NCBI GenBank assembly: GCA_964234715.1
Contig: OZ174286.1
DNA from: Podarcis melisellensis
Lineage: Eukaryota
Strand: one strand, 5' to 3'
Length of the DNA stretch: 64,000 nucleotides
Shown here in pieces: positions 36,069 to 48,717 of this stretch. Below the pieces are notes generated by a model that searched no databases, had not been told where the DNA came from, and saw only the letters and a program-made list of their open reading frames with translations. Positions within the stretch are counted from its first letter, which is position 1. Each line of letters opens with the position of its first letter. Both the position numbers and the translations under genes were made by a program.

Positions 36069-36641
36069 TAAGTGTAAGGTTTCTGCCAGAATTTGATGCA
36101 GTTGTAAGCCTGGTTGCCAATTCTGAGGAGATGAAGCTTGCTGCCTTTCTGAATGTCAGTTAAAGTGAACTAAATGCATGCAGCAAAAGAGGTATGGAAA
36201 ATCTAAGAAGTTTAAAACATATGGAATAAAAAGTAACAATTAAAGCAGATGTTTGTTGAAAAACAGAAAGGGCTTAGTATGAAAAGGAGCAAATAAATCA
36301 CAAGAAGCTGTACAGCTGAACATAGGGGGAGAAAAGGCAGAATGTCTCTACTCTCTTAAATTTTGCAAACATCCCTCCTACAAATCACTGTGATTGCAGT
36401 GCCCTGGGAATATCATTCACTGTGATTAAAACACAGACCTGTCCATCAAAATGAAATATCCCTCTACTTCTCTCCACTCCACCTCCTCTCCACTAGAGCT
36501 TAGTACCTTTTCCTAGTCAGCTAGGTTGGTTAGTTTGTTTTTTGTTTCGTTTTTTGGTGTATGTGTGTTTTAATAAAACAAGATGCATTGTTCACTCTAT
36601 TTTAAATGGCAAGTTGCTGTGTTCTTTTGGACAACCAAGTC

Positions 36642-36777
36642 CAGGCATAGTCAAACTCGGCCCTCCAGATGTTCTGGGACTGCAACTCCCATCATCCCTA
36701 GCTAACAGGACCAGTGGTCAGGAATGATGGGAATCGTAGTCTCAAAACATCTGGAGAGCCGAGTTTGCCTATGCCTG
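36642..36777. mobile_element. Palindromic 136-bp hAT-type MITE
   Basis: Same family as 27614-27749; TSD degenerate. Confidence 0.88.
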
Positions 36778-37118
36778 CCCAAAACCATAGAGTGATTCAG
36801 GAAATTAGGTGGTCTTTGATCCACCTTGTGATGCCTTGTGAACCATGCAATCCAACCTGGGACTGTAGAAACCTCACCTGAATCACCCCCAATCACCTCA
36901 TAATCTAGGCTGAATGCAGAGTCAGTGAACACTTCTGTTCATGCTACCTGAAGTAGATGGCAGTGACACTGAAAAGAGCCAGGATCTTGCAGTCACAGAC
37001 AATATTTTGTCTCACTGTTCCTCTAATGGTGTGATGGAGAAGCAAGAGCTTCAAGGCACATTCTTCAGTCAGCAGAGTTCCCAGCACAGGGAAGGATGAG
37101 ACAATATGAGCTACATTG

Positions 37119-37308
37119 CAGTGGCGTAGCGTGGGTTGTCAGCACCCGGGGCAAGGCAAGTAATTTGTGCCCCCTAACCCATGGATTTGCGCCCCCTAAC
37201 CCTTGGATTTGCGCCCCCTAACCCATGGATTTGCTTCCCTAACCCTAACCCCCAGATGTTGTGCCCGGTGCGGCCGGCCCCCCCTGCACCCCCCACGCTA
37301 CGGCACTG
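37119..37308. mobile_element. hAT-type MITE with internal 22-bp minisatellite
   Basis: TIRs cagtggcgtagcgtggg / cccacgctacggcactg; flanks ctacattg / ctacaatc; unit atttgcgccccctaacccatgg repeated about 3.5 times. Confidence 0.82.
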
Positions 37309-40300
37309 CTACAATCTACGCAGAACAGAAAAGATATCCTCTCTCTATGAAAGCAGAGAGCAACCGAACAAAGGAACAAAGGAAACAGGAAACCACTAAC
37401 GTCACATCCCGTCTCCTATTCCGTGAGACTGCAAGGTCGCTAGAATGTAAACAGAGTCCTGTGACTCCACGCAGCTGCACAGTGATAACAGAAACTAACA
37501 CACCTTGCCTCCACCTAATGCCTGTCTCACTTCTGACACCACGGGCTGTTCATATGGGGTGTGATATTGGGACTGAATTACTTGTGAACAGTCCAACATG
37601 GATAGGTTAATATCATGTGGTCAATTTCCCAAAGGTTAAGGTGTATTTGGGGGAGATGGTAAAGTGTATTTTGGGTGTTACTTCAGTTGTATTTTGCAGT
37701 AAGTCTATGATGCTATAAATAAATATGGTATGGTATGGTATACGCTTCTTCCTCCTCCGCATAATGTGTTGGGAAATAATCAGACAAGGTATTTTAATGA
37801 TTGTCAGGTGCTACTATTGTTTTATGGTGTTTTGTGTTATTTTGGTGGCGTGGTGTTTTTTACTTTATGTATTGTGTTTTATCTACTGGAAGCTGTCTTG
37901 TGGAGACATGATCCTAAAAGGTTGCCTAGAAAACTTTTCAATTAAAAAACCCCCTGAAGACTAATCCCATCTGGCCTATTGATAGGCATCATTGTTTAAA
38001 TACTCAGCGCTGGCTGTATTTTACATTTCCATCACAATAACGGCACAATATTTTATTAGCCTTGTATGAATCATGATAGGCATAGGTGCTAGTAGGACCT
38101 CCCCTTCCCCCCCAAAAAAATTAGTTTGTAGCAATATTTCTATTTAGATAATCACATTTCTGAAGTAGCTGTGTACATAGTAAATGGTCCCTGAAGACCT
38201 TTAGTCATTCACAGGAATATTCCCTGTAGGGCCCAGTTGCACAGAAATTAATAAAGTCCATACAGCAAGTTCTGTGTCTGGCAAAGATACTGTATTAGTT
38301 TGCCATGAATGATTAAAGGCAGTGCTGTCATTAAAAGCCAATTACTGCATTTGGTCTAGCTCTAGGAAGATCTTTCACATGTAAAGCATCCTACTGGGAA
38401 CTGTTATGTAATGATCATTACCCTTCGCAGCTTTTTGTTCCGAAATTCACAATAAACTTGAAAACATTCATGACACATTAATTGTTATTTCAATCTCTTA
38501 TTTTTTTGCCCGTCCAAGTAAGCATAGAATTTGCTTGTTTGGGAGCCAGTTTCTGGGGAATTCTGATGTGTTGGACGAAATCCAATCGTCATACCTTTGA
38601 TGTTTTGTTGCATGTGTGTGTAACAGAATATGCCCCATCGTACCATTTAATTGGCATCTACAGTGAGTAACCCTTTGAAGTAAGCAGCCAAATAGCATAA
38701 GCATGCACAAGATAATTAAGTGTTGGAGAGTAAATGTATGTGATCATGACTGCACCCACACTGGTTGACGTTTACCTTTGACTAGTGCTATTACTGTGTC
38801 ACTACAGGTAGAGGGATGCCTGAATTAGTGTGGCCAGTGGCACATGGCCAAAAAGAGTAATTGCAAGAAAAGAGTACCGAGGAGAACATGGATTTGCACA
38901 GTGCAGGGAACTTCTTCAAACAGAGGGTTGTCTTCTGACAGCACTTCAAACAGAGGACACTGTAAAGCAGGACCCTTAGTCACCTTAATTTGAATGCTTA
39001 TGCAATTATTTTTTAAAAAAATAAATAAATTAAAAAATTAAATAAAAATAAAAAAACAGCAACTCCCTGCAGTTGAAGTATTAGCACATCATGGAGAAAC
39101 GTTCAAGTTCATCCCCTTGTCTGCTGCACTGCTGTTACAGGGAGTAACTCTAATGGAAGGAGATATTCAAAAATAGCTACCCCCCCCCCAACTTCAGCTT
39201 GAAGTGGTAGAACCAGCATTCTGTCCCCTCATTTTGCTGAACACAAGAAGCACGCTTCTGCTTCGCAAATTTATCCCCCCCCCCTGTTTCCATGTGTTCA
39301 CACTGGGATTTAGTTGATGGTGTGGTTGTGAGCATGGGAATTAATAGGTGTGTTACCCAAAGTACAAAATGTTAACATTTAATGTAATAATTTAAAAGCA
39401 TGCAAGAAAGTGGTTGTGAAAATTAGGAAAGAATTTTTGATGATGTAGTGATATGATAATTTAAGTACCTCTAAAACGCCATTTTCATGAAGGGCATCTG
39501 CTTGGTTTATCACAAGGCTTCAGATACTAAGAGCTTTAATATGAAAAAGTTGAACACTACAGAGTTTGAGGTGGCTTTGTAGGTACGGAAGGGGTGGGGA
39601 GATTGATTGCCTTCACAAAAAGAGGAACATTTAAGACACCAGCTGCTCATTATGTTGCTTTATCTATAGATGACAGATTTTTTTTCCCTGGCTGAATTTG
39701 ATGGCTTCAAACAGATACGTATTTCTATCTCAAATGTGTGAGAAGCAGTTTATCATAGTGTTAAACTTTTCATTGATACGACCAGAAGCAGCGGTTCACA
39801 AAAAATATGTAAAAATGCTAGAACTTATTATGTAGAATTTCAAATCACTGCCTAATTATTTATCATAATTACTGAAGCAACACTGAATAAATCAGCTATA
39901 AAGGGATGAGTCATGCATGACAGCACATCTAGAACATGCATTTTTAAGAGCTTTGCATCATTGGTTCTCATCTGTATTGAAAATGAGTTTATAGGGATTT
40001 ATTTTTTCTTCTATTATTAGGTATTTTGACAAGCAAGTTCCCTCTGCTGGCTCCTTTGTTTATTCCCAGTGTTGATTATTGATCTGGTAGATAGAGTATT
40101 GAGAAAACCAGCTGTGTTTCACAGGCATAGAGATGTCCTGGGTAACATTATGTGGGTTATTAGAAGTAATTATTAACATGACCATGTGGATCGACAGACC
40201 AGGTTATCTGCTGATTGCACACAATGTAGGCACTCCCTCTCATTAGCAATGCAAACTTTACTTAGCGTGCTCTGTAGCTATATCTGTGGTTTGATAGCTT

Positions 40301-40492
40301 TAAAATCTTAATGTTAATATTCAGCTATGTGAGCTCTGCTCATGTGACATATCTGTGGATATGAACATGCAGATGGGGAGAAATGAAGCTAGGTCCACTG
40401 GCCTCATGCATGCTCAGTAAAAATCTGGAGATCATGTTTCCAAATTCTACATATAGGGCCAATGGAAATGATCTTAGCTATAGTTTGTTACA

Positions 40493-40859
40493 GGGACACG
40501 GGTGGCGCTGTGGTCTAAACCACTGAGCCTTGGGCTTGCCAATCAGAAGGTCGGTGGTTTGAATCCCCGTGACGGGGTGAGCTCCCGTTGCTCGGTCCCA
40601 GCTCCTGCCAACCTAGCAGTTCGAAAGCACGTCAAAGTGCAAGTAGATAAATAGGTACTGCTCCGGCAGGAAGGTAAACGGTGTTTCCGTGCACTGATCT
40701 GGTTTCAACAGAAGCAACTTAGTCATGCTGGCCACATGACCTGGAAAAACTCTGCAGACAAACACCGGCTCCCTCAGACAGTAAAGCGAGATGAGCACCA
40801 CAACCCCAGAGTTGTTTGCGACTGGACTTAACTGTCAGGAATCTTTTACCTTTACCTTT
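40493..40859 (+). mobile_element. Sauria SINE, full length (variant subfamily)
   Basis: TSD tatagtttgttaca / tatagttagttaca (13/14). Confidence 0.93.
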
Positions 40860-41648
40860 TATAGTTAGTTACATTTAATGAACAGGGCTGCATAGTTACG
40901 TTTTTTCTTGAAGAAGAGACTAAAGACAAGAAATCATCTGATAGATGTTGTAGGTATAATGCTGGAGATACTTTATTGAGATATATGGTATGGACATCCT
41001 TTGGGCTGAGGTTGTTGTCCGTATCGATTTTGTACTGGTGAAATCCTTGATATCCATGGATATCCATGTACTTTTAAATTATATTCATGTAGTATGAGAT
41101 TCTGCCCTCCTCCTGCCTTTAGTGTTTGTAGCCGATGAATGCTTATAGAGAAATTTACAACCCTCAAACGGCTTCAAAATGACCCAGGATTCCTTCCTCT
41201 AAACAATGGACGTGTGTCGTTTTGAACTCATTCTATGAGCTTCCTTTGTATGTGGGTCACTCTAGATTTTTCTTTAGATTCAGACAATGGAGAATTACTG
41301 GTACTTTGAAGCTGCCCACCCGAGCACTCCTGTCTTTCCTGGTGCAGAAGTGATTGTTGGCCAGAGAAATAATTGACAAATCTGGGGTGTATTTCAGTAA
41401 AGCTATGGCTGTGTGACTAAAGTAAAAGGGAGCAGCAAACGTAGAAATTCATGGTTTTCCCCACTCAGATTTGATTTAATCCCCCCCCCACGTTACCTTT
41501 TCAAAAATACAAATAAAACTCATACCTCCATAGCACCCTCCAACATTCCTCATGAAAATAGAGACATTTCATTCTAAACCACAGATTATCCCTATTTTCG
41601 TGCAGAATGTTGGGAGTGTATCACTATCCATATTTTGAGAGGGGGGTA

Positions 41649-41874
41649 CAGTGGTACCTCGGGTTACATACGTTTCAGGTTGCAGATTCTGCTAACCCAG
41701 AAATAGTACCTCGGGTTAAGAACTTTGCTTCAGGATGAGAACAGAAATCGTGCTTTGGCAACATGGTGGCAGCAGGAGGCCCCATTAGCTAAAGTGGTGC
41801 TTCAGGTTAAGAACTGTTTCAGGTTAAGAACGGACCCCCGGAATGAATTAAGTACTTAACCTGAGGTACCACTG
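41649..41874 (+). mobile_element. Tc1/mariner-type MITE (226-bp family)
   Basis: TA-flanked TIRs. Confidence 0.9.
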
Positions 41875-42791
41875 TATTGTGCTTGAGAATAATGAGTTAC
41901 ATCAGCTCTGCAAATTCATCCAGTGTTGATATTCTACATTTGGGGGTGGGGGGGATCTGAGTCTCTTGGTGTGATGGTTATTTTTATTTAATAAAGAAAA
42001 TTTGGTGTATGTGTGGCCAGGGTAGGAAGGGGAAGTTGATGTATGTAACGTATGTAACGTAGCAGTAACGTATGGAGTGTGTGTGTGTGAATAAATGCTT
42101 TTCCACCCTTGAGAGAAAAATAGGCCAATCCTTGGGGATGGGCTGTTGTTGCTGGTTTAAATTCTTAAATGGGTGTATCCAGGACAAAGCTTCAAAGCCT
42201 GTTTTACTCAAAAATAGAAAAAAGAACAAAAGAGAAGAGTGGCTTTTTGACCTTTGCTGAGAGTATTGCTGCAGTTATTATGAGGTATAAATAAATAATC
42301 ACAACACATACTCTTAGAATACACTGCTTGCTGTTTAACAGTTTAATCTGGAATTTATCCAAGCATGTGCACCTGAACCTTGGTTGCTGTAAATCTTAAT
42401 TCTCTTTTGACTCCTGACCTCTTCAATCAGAAACTGCATGCCTGATCTTGCAATGAACGTAGCATTGCTAGCCTAGGAGCAATTGAACAAAGACCTACAG
42501 TGATGTAACCAGTTCACAACTCATTAAACTTGAGTTGTTTACATGGGTCAAGGTGGGCATTGGAGGGGAGCAAAGCTCTTGCTTTTTGACAGGCAGACAT
42601 TCGATAAGTTAGGCATACAAAAAACCTGCATAGTGAAAGTGGGAAGGGATTTCCACAATGTCACAAAGAATGTCCTCTCCCAGGCTACCACCCCCCCCCC
42701 AAGCTACCTAGTATGGCAAAACTACCAAGAGGCCCCCTCTGCCAATCTTAATATTTCAGAAGGTCTGTAGGGAGGACACCCTCAATTAGAT

Positions 42792-42927
42792 CAGGCATAG
42801 GCAACCTCGACCCTCCAGATGTTTCGAGACTGCAGTTCCCATCATCCCTGACCACTGGTCCTGTTAGCTAGGGATCATGGGAGTTGTAGTCCCAAAACAT
42901 CTGGAGGGCCGAGGTTGCCTATGCCTG
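42792..42927. mobile_element. Palindromic 136-bp hAT-type MITE
   Basis: caggcataggcaacctcg...cgaggttgcctatgcctg; flanks aattagat / atttacat (6/8). Confidence 0.88.
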
Positions 42928-42935
42928 ATTTACAT

Positions 42936-43058
42936 GGTTGGTTAGAGTGTGGTGCTGGCAACGCCAAAGTTGAAGGTTCGATCCCCGTAAGGGGCAGCTG
43001 CATTGCAGGGGGTTGGACTAGATGATTCTCGGGTCCCCTTCCAACTTTGATTCTGTGA
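42936..43058 (+). mobile_element. tRNA-derived SINE with CR1-like 3' tail
   Basis: B-box ggttcgatccc followed by gggttggactagatgattctcgggtccccttccaact...gattctgtga, a CR1-type 3' end. Confidence 0.75.
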
Positions 43059-45154
43059 GATGGAGGCTAAGTTGTTTAGGGCTTTAAACATTCATTTGAA
43101 AATCCTTCATTGGAAACGAGGTACCCCAGAAAGTATTTGGGGTCTTTTGGGGGGGGGGACCAGTTGATGTTTCCAAGTTATCTTCAGTGGCAGACCCATG
43201 TGGAGTATAGTGGCTTTTGCCAGTGGAGCAAAATACATGCCACCTTTATTCTATGTTGCAGCGTAGGTGCTTTGTCTCATCTCAAGGATGGCAGACATAG
43301 CTATAAGGCTTAGTCTTACTGGCTTTAGGTCAGCAGGCATTTTTGGAAGTTTCCTTGTAGGCAGCTACAAGTAAGTCATAAGGATGACTGGGAACTCTTG
43401 GGTATCCTTGGGCCCATAACTTGTGGGTTTAGTTTCTCTTTCACCTTTCTTCTGTTGTAGCAAGTAATATTAAGTAAATGATCCAGTTTAAGCCTACAGC
43501 TGTGTTTGTCTTACCTGTGTTGAGACGACAGCCTACCCTGCCACATTTACTCAGGCCAATCCTGTTGGCTCCCTGCTACTCAGATGTAAGCCACATTAAG
43601 TTTAATGGAATTTACCCCCACGTAAGTGCATGTAGGCTTCCAACCTTTAAAAAGCACCTAAACGGAACAAACGTGGTGATGGAGGGGATTACAGAATAAA
43701 GATACTACTGGCAATTCATAGCATAGCATTCATATATTCCCTTGTGCTTTTCACATGGTTAGAGCCCAAACACCATTTGATGAGACTGAAAAATGGTAAC
43801 TTGCAGGATTATTTGCATGCTGCACTAAAACCAGGAGGTTATTCCAAAAAAGGGGATTTCAGGATTTCAAATGCAGAGGAAAGGGCTTTGAATAAACATT
43901 TAGGGGTTTCACAGGCAGGTTCCTGGAAAAGTTAGAGAAAAGAACAAGGAACTATAATGCCTGCTATCTTTATATACAGATTGTTGAGAATATGTTTCTA
44001 AATAATCAATATCAGATTTCTAATATATTCCGCTTTATCTGTCCTGATGGTCCATTTCTTTTACTTTGTTCTTCTGATTCAAGCAGACCATTCATATTCC
44101 CTGCCCTTTTTTTCTCAGTTTCTCAGAGTTCACAAATGTGTATGGGTGAGGGTATGTGTGGTCCACTTGCCAGCAGCCCTTTCCTGTAACAAACATTTGG
44201 GCACTTACCTAATATTTATTTAAAACTTTATGGGTTGGCAGCCTTCCCCTCCCCCTCCCCACAAAACTACTCTAGGAGAAAATCCTAGAGCCTAATATAA
44301 TTCTAGTTCACTCACCCTCACTTGCCTGTCTGCCCTGACTTTGTTAGGGACTGGGATTTATGGAGTTATATTTGGAAAAGCAATTCTGACTTGCTGTATC
44401 AAACAGCAATTGGCAGAGTACAGATTTCTGCATCTGAACCGGCTTTTCTTAATCACTTTGGCTGCCATCTAAACCTCTTTGCATATAGAACTACAAGCAC
44501 AAATCATGAGGTTCACATTTTAGAGATACATTTTGTAGCCTGTAGAATCCTAGATCCTTAATAAGAGAAATACACTTTGTGAGTACAGCATAGGACATTT
44601 TTGTGTGCTTCGGTTGATATAGGTAAGTCCAGTAGATTTTTCTGTTGGGATGCAGAATGGCATCTTCTGGAACCAGGGGCTTTATTATTATGCCTTTGTT
44701 GTGCAGTCAGTCCCGGGTCATAATCAGTACCATAATAATAAATGTTCTCGTGTCCTATTTATAGTGCTTGATCTCAAGAGATGTTTGTTTTTCCTAGAAT
44801 CCCTTCCATACATAGAAAAGCTAGCTGACTCATATGTTTCATATCTGTGCTTGAAAAATGGTCATGGGTTCTGTTTTAAGAGATCATGAATGAAGAATTT
44901 GATTCAATGTGTTGGCATTAAATTCAGATTTAAGGGTGCTTGCAGTTATTGCTACTAGGGCTCAAATAGATACTAGGCCTGTATTCCTTTTTGCCACTGT
45001 TTTGAGGTTCACCTGATTTGGGATGGGCATTTCAGGCAAACCCCCAAAAAAGGAGTTAAAGGAACCCAAACTAGGTGGTATGAAGCGATTCCTGTCATTT
45101 GGAGTGGGGGCGGGAGACTTACCATAGAGACAACAAGGCTTTCTCTCACCCCCT

Positions 45155-45590
45155 TGTAATGGTTATATGGGGTTGCTCGTGTGTAAGTTGCTGCCACTCC
45201 TGGCTAGGTAGCCTGGTTAAACCTTTCCTGGCTGGACAGCCCTCCACTTCGTGGCTGTTCAGTCGCTAGCAGAATCCGTCAGTGGGCATTTCTTGAACTT
45301 CTTCCAGCAAAGAAGTTCTTTGACGCCAAGTCTACACGTACTTTCCCTGCGCGGAAGTCTTCTGTGCAGGGTGGGTGTGGGTAGCGGAGGACCTGTGCTC
45401 TCCCCGCTGGTCTCCAGAGAAGAGTCCTGGAGCCCTCTCTCCGATTCCCCCATCCGCCCCCCCTTTATCCCTGGTGTTACGCTGATTTCCTTCCCCAGCT
45501 GATGAGTCCCCTCTCTCCCTGCTTGGCCCTTCTCCGGCTTCGCTTGGGAGCCCTGCCTCCACTTCTGGCTCCGATGTCAGTTCCCTGACA
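45155..45590 (-). mobile_element. Solo LTR-like element, diverged homologue of 7283-7693
   Basis: Minus strand starts TGTCAGGGAACTG and ends CCATTACA; flanks cccct / ccccc; frameshifted reading frame ending VKELLCWKKFKKCPLTDSASD*. Confidence 0.8.
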
Positions 45591-45604
45591 CCCCCCCCCC
45601 CCGG

Positions 45605-46130
45605 TGTCATGGACTGGCTGAAAGCAGAGGAATGGTAGGAGGCACCAGCTGGTGAATCCCCAAGGAAAAAGAGCTCAGGCAGAGCCCAGGAATTGGTGTT
45701 GGGGGTGACAATGAGTGGTCAGATGGAGAACAGGGAGAAGACTGGGAGGTGGTGGTGTAGAAAGCTGAAGAGGTAACAGGGTTTAGTGAGCAGGGAGAGT
45801 TTGTGGCAGAGAGAAGTCCGGAAGCGGAAGCAGGAGACGAGGGAGGCCAAGAAGCAGAGATGAGTGAGGCTGGTGAAGAAGCCAGGGTGCCGCCCCTTGG
45901 TGCAATGACAAGCCCCCCCACCCCGATCTCCCAGGACCAGAAGAGGTATGAAGAGGGAGCAACAGAGACAGGCACACCAGCGTAGTCTCAGGTTGCTTGG
46001 GAAAGACCCAGGGAAGACAGAGACTTAGGTAGCTGTGGGAATGCAGGGACCTTCAGTCTGCACAACTGCCTCATAGGGGCCAGATCTGCTGAGAAGAGTT
46101 GCTGTGCTCATTAGGCCTGGCACTCCCTCC
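45605..46130 (+). mobile_element. Second LTR-like element with a decayed acidic/basic reading frame (3' end not located)
   Basis: Starts TGTCATGGACTGG; purine-rich; broken frames MDWLKAEEW*EAP..., ...EAEAGDEGGQEAEMSEAGEE..., SPRTRRGMKREQQRQAHQRSLRLLGK. Confidence 0.55.
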
Positions 46131-46460
46131 AAAATGGCTTGTGCCAATCCACCACCAGCAAATGGAGGTGGAAAATTGGAGGTCTCCATATACAGTCCTC
46201 TTATTCAGTTGTTCTGGAGAATTCAGATGACATAACTCCAGATCCACTTCATTCCTGTGTTTCCTCTGTAGTCCTCCCATTTTTTTCCAACTGCCACTTT
46301 TGTGGCCATTTTCAACTGCTTAGAAAAGCATAGCCCTATTGTTTTCCCTCTGTGGAGCAGTGTTCTGCAATATGGGTAGCGACATGTGTGGTGATAGTTT
46401 CTTCTTCCATGCCTTTCTGCTTTCGTGTTATTTTATTACTGATTCTCTCTATTAGTCTTA

Positions 46461-46700
46461 CAAGGGTCAGCAATTTTTTTTCAGCAGAGGGCCGGTCCAC
46501 TGTCCCTCATGTGGGGAGCTGGACTATATTTGGGGGGGGGGAGAGAGAGAATGAATTCCTATGCCCCACAAATAATCCAGAGATGCATTTTAAATAAAAG
46601 GACACATTCTACTCATAGAAAAACACACTGATTCCCTGACCCAGATTTAGAAGGTGATTGGGCCAGATCCGGCCCCAAGGCCTTAGTTTGCCTACCCATG
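46461..46700. mobile_element. hAT-type MITE (family shared with 61546-61802)
   Basis: Shared core gaattcctatgccccacaaataa...ttttaaataaaaggacacattctactcat; ends caagggtcagcaa / ttgcctacccatg. Confidence 0.78.
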
Positions 46701-47765
46701 GTCTTTGAGAACAGAAAGTTTTGAGATTGCTTCATGAAGAAGCAAGGAAAGCATTTGTAGCTGAAATAGGTTGGCCATGTTGCAAAAATAAAGAACTTGT
46801 CATTTTTCTTTGCATCTGTGATATATTTATCCTTTTTTGCACTTCAAATAAAATGCAAAATATGTCTCTCATTGCTCAATAATAAATATTTAAACATCAA
46901 AAAATCTTAATGATTTAGAAATCTCGTGAAGCAAGCGAGAGCTAAAAGTAACTGCACAATGAGTCCTTGACACAATAATCCATTCTACTACTTGTTCCTT
47001 TCTATTTTCCCTTGAGTCTTCTATCTTAATTTGTCTTATAGCATGCTTCTTTCACCATATTCTTCCCACTTGAGAGTTACTGCAGACACACTAAAAAGAG
47101 CCAAGAAGGAGAAATGATCCCACTTTCTGTGCCAGAAAAACACAATATATGTGAAAGTTGAAGTGAGTTTCTTTAACGCTGAAGCAAGGGAGGAAACATT
47201 CAGATCTTGTGTAGTAACTAACTAAAGTTAAGAAAGAACAGTCTGACATGTCAGAATGTTCAGCACATTTCTTTCAGATCCATCAATTTCTTGCAGTGCG
47301 ATTTTCCAAATTTGTGTCCGGTGTGCCCTTCAGAGCTCTTTGTTTCATTTACACCCAATTTTTATTTTTTGCTTAAAATAAAATAAAATTGCTACATCTA
47401 TACTGTACAGATAGAAAGAAAGTGGTATCTTGGGCTGCAATCCTGTGCACACTTATTTGGAAGGAAAGCCCCATTGAACTCCGTGATACTTACTTTTAAG
47501 AAGACTTACAAGGGTTGTACTGCTAATGTTTAAAAAGAAAATAAGACTTTGGGTTGTATCCAGTGGGAGTCATACTCAGCATAGATGAACTTGAATTAAT
47601 GGACATGGCTAATGTAAGTCTGTTAATTTCAGTGGGTCTACTCTGTGTAAAGCTTGGTTGGATACGATCCATTGGCAGTGTGTAAATTCCATTAAGCATT
47701 GTTAGCAGAATTGGCAGACTTCCAAGAGAATAGAAAAGCTTTTATTTCTCCTCCTTTTGTTGCAG

Positions 47766-47876
47766 ATGGACCCAATTCAAAAAGCTGTAATAAATCATAC
47801 GTTTGGGGTTCCTCTTCCTCACAGAAGAAAGCAAATCATATCGTGCAACATTTGCCAGTTGAGATTTAATTCGGAT
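47766..47876 (+). CDS. ZNF385D: Internal coding exon of zinc finger protein 385D (N-terminal half of the first matrin/U1-type C2H2 finger)
   Basis: Polypyrimidine tract ttttatttctcctccttttgttgcAG, then 111 bp encoding [37 protein letters not shown], then a GTAAGT donor at 47877. The peptide matches my recollection of vertebrate ZNF385D and differs from paralogues ZNF385A/B/C (MDPVQK...). Phase 0/0 exon. Confidence 0.95.
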
Positions 47877-48349
47877 GTAAGTAGATAATTTATATCTTCT
47901 TAAAAATATGTATGCATGAGATAATGGGTTTGGGTTTTTGCTTTGCTTTGCTTTTTTGGCAATGGAACCTGTATGATATTATTTCACATTTGCCTCATGG
48001 TTATGGAGCAATAATGTATATGATTACTTGATACTCATCGGCTCAGCTTTTCTCTTTCGGTTCTCCTTTCTGCAATTTCAGTTCTACAGCTTGAATTATA
48101 TATAGCTATAGATAAAGTTATATGGAAGCCTGCTGATCATGGAGGGAAAGAAAGAGCAGATAGGTGCCTAGGCCGACTGGAAGAAAACAAACCACAGTGC
48201 CTGGTAAACTTCTCTTCAGCTGCACAGGCAAATGTGGTAGGGGAAAAAGGCTTGGGGAAGAGCTGGACATGGTTTGAGGGGCCGGTGGCTTGCCACTCGG
48301 ATGTAACATTCCCAATATTTTCTCATGTGTGGAATACATTGGCATATTT

Positions 48350-48478
48350 TAGGGTTGCCATATGTCCTCTTTTTCCAGGACACACCCTCTTTTTCATGGG
48401 AAGAGTCATCATAGCGATCCATTGTTAGAAGTCAGCAAATGTGTCCTCTTTTTTGCTCTTCAGAATATGCCAACCTTA
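48350..48478. mobile_element. Short hAT-type MITE
   Basis: tagggttgccata ... tatgccaacctta; same TIR type as 67-170. Confidence 0.6.
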
Positions 48479-48527
48479 TTTTCTTGCTTTTCTACAAAGT
48501 CTGGTATATATTGGCAACTGAAAAATA

Positions 48528-48717
48528 TAGTGGTACCTCTGGTTACGGATGGGATCCATTCCGGAGACCTGGCCATATCCTGAAAAGTCCATAACTGGAG
48601 GCACCCTTCTGCGCATGCGCGCAGCATGCAGATCGCTTCTGTGCACGCACACGTGCCATGTTTGCCATGTTTGCAAGTTTACGTATCCAGAGGGATATGT
48701 AACCCGTGGTACCACTG
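48528..48717. mobile_element. Tc1/mariner-type MITE (gcgcatgcgc-containing subfamily)
   Basis: TA-flanked (t)agtggtacctctggttac ... gtaacccgtggtaccactg; internal similarity to 539-803. Confidence 0.8.

Noticed and set aside
42936-42990. tRNA-like sequence with a B-box
   Set aside because: Head of a SINE followed by a CR1-type tail; no complete cloverleaf, so not called a tRNA gene.
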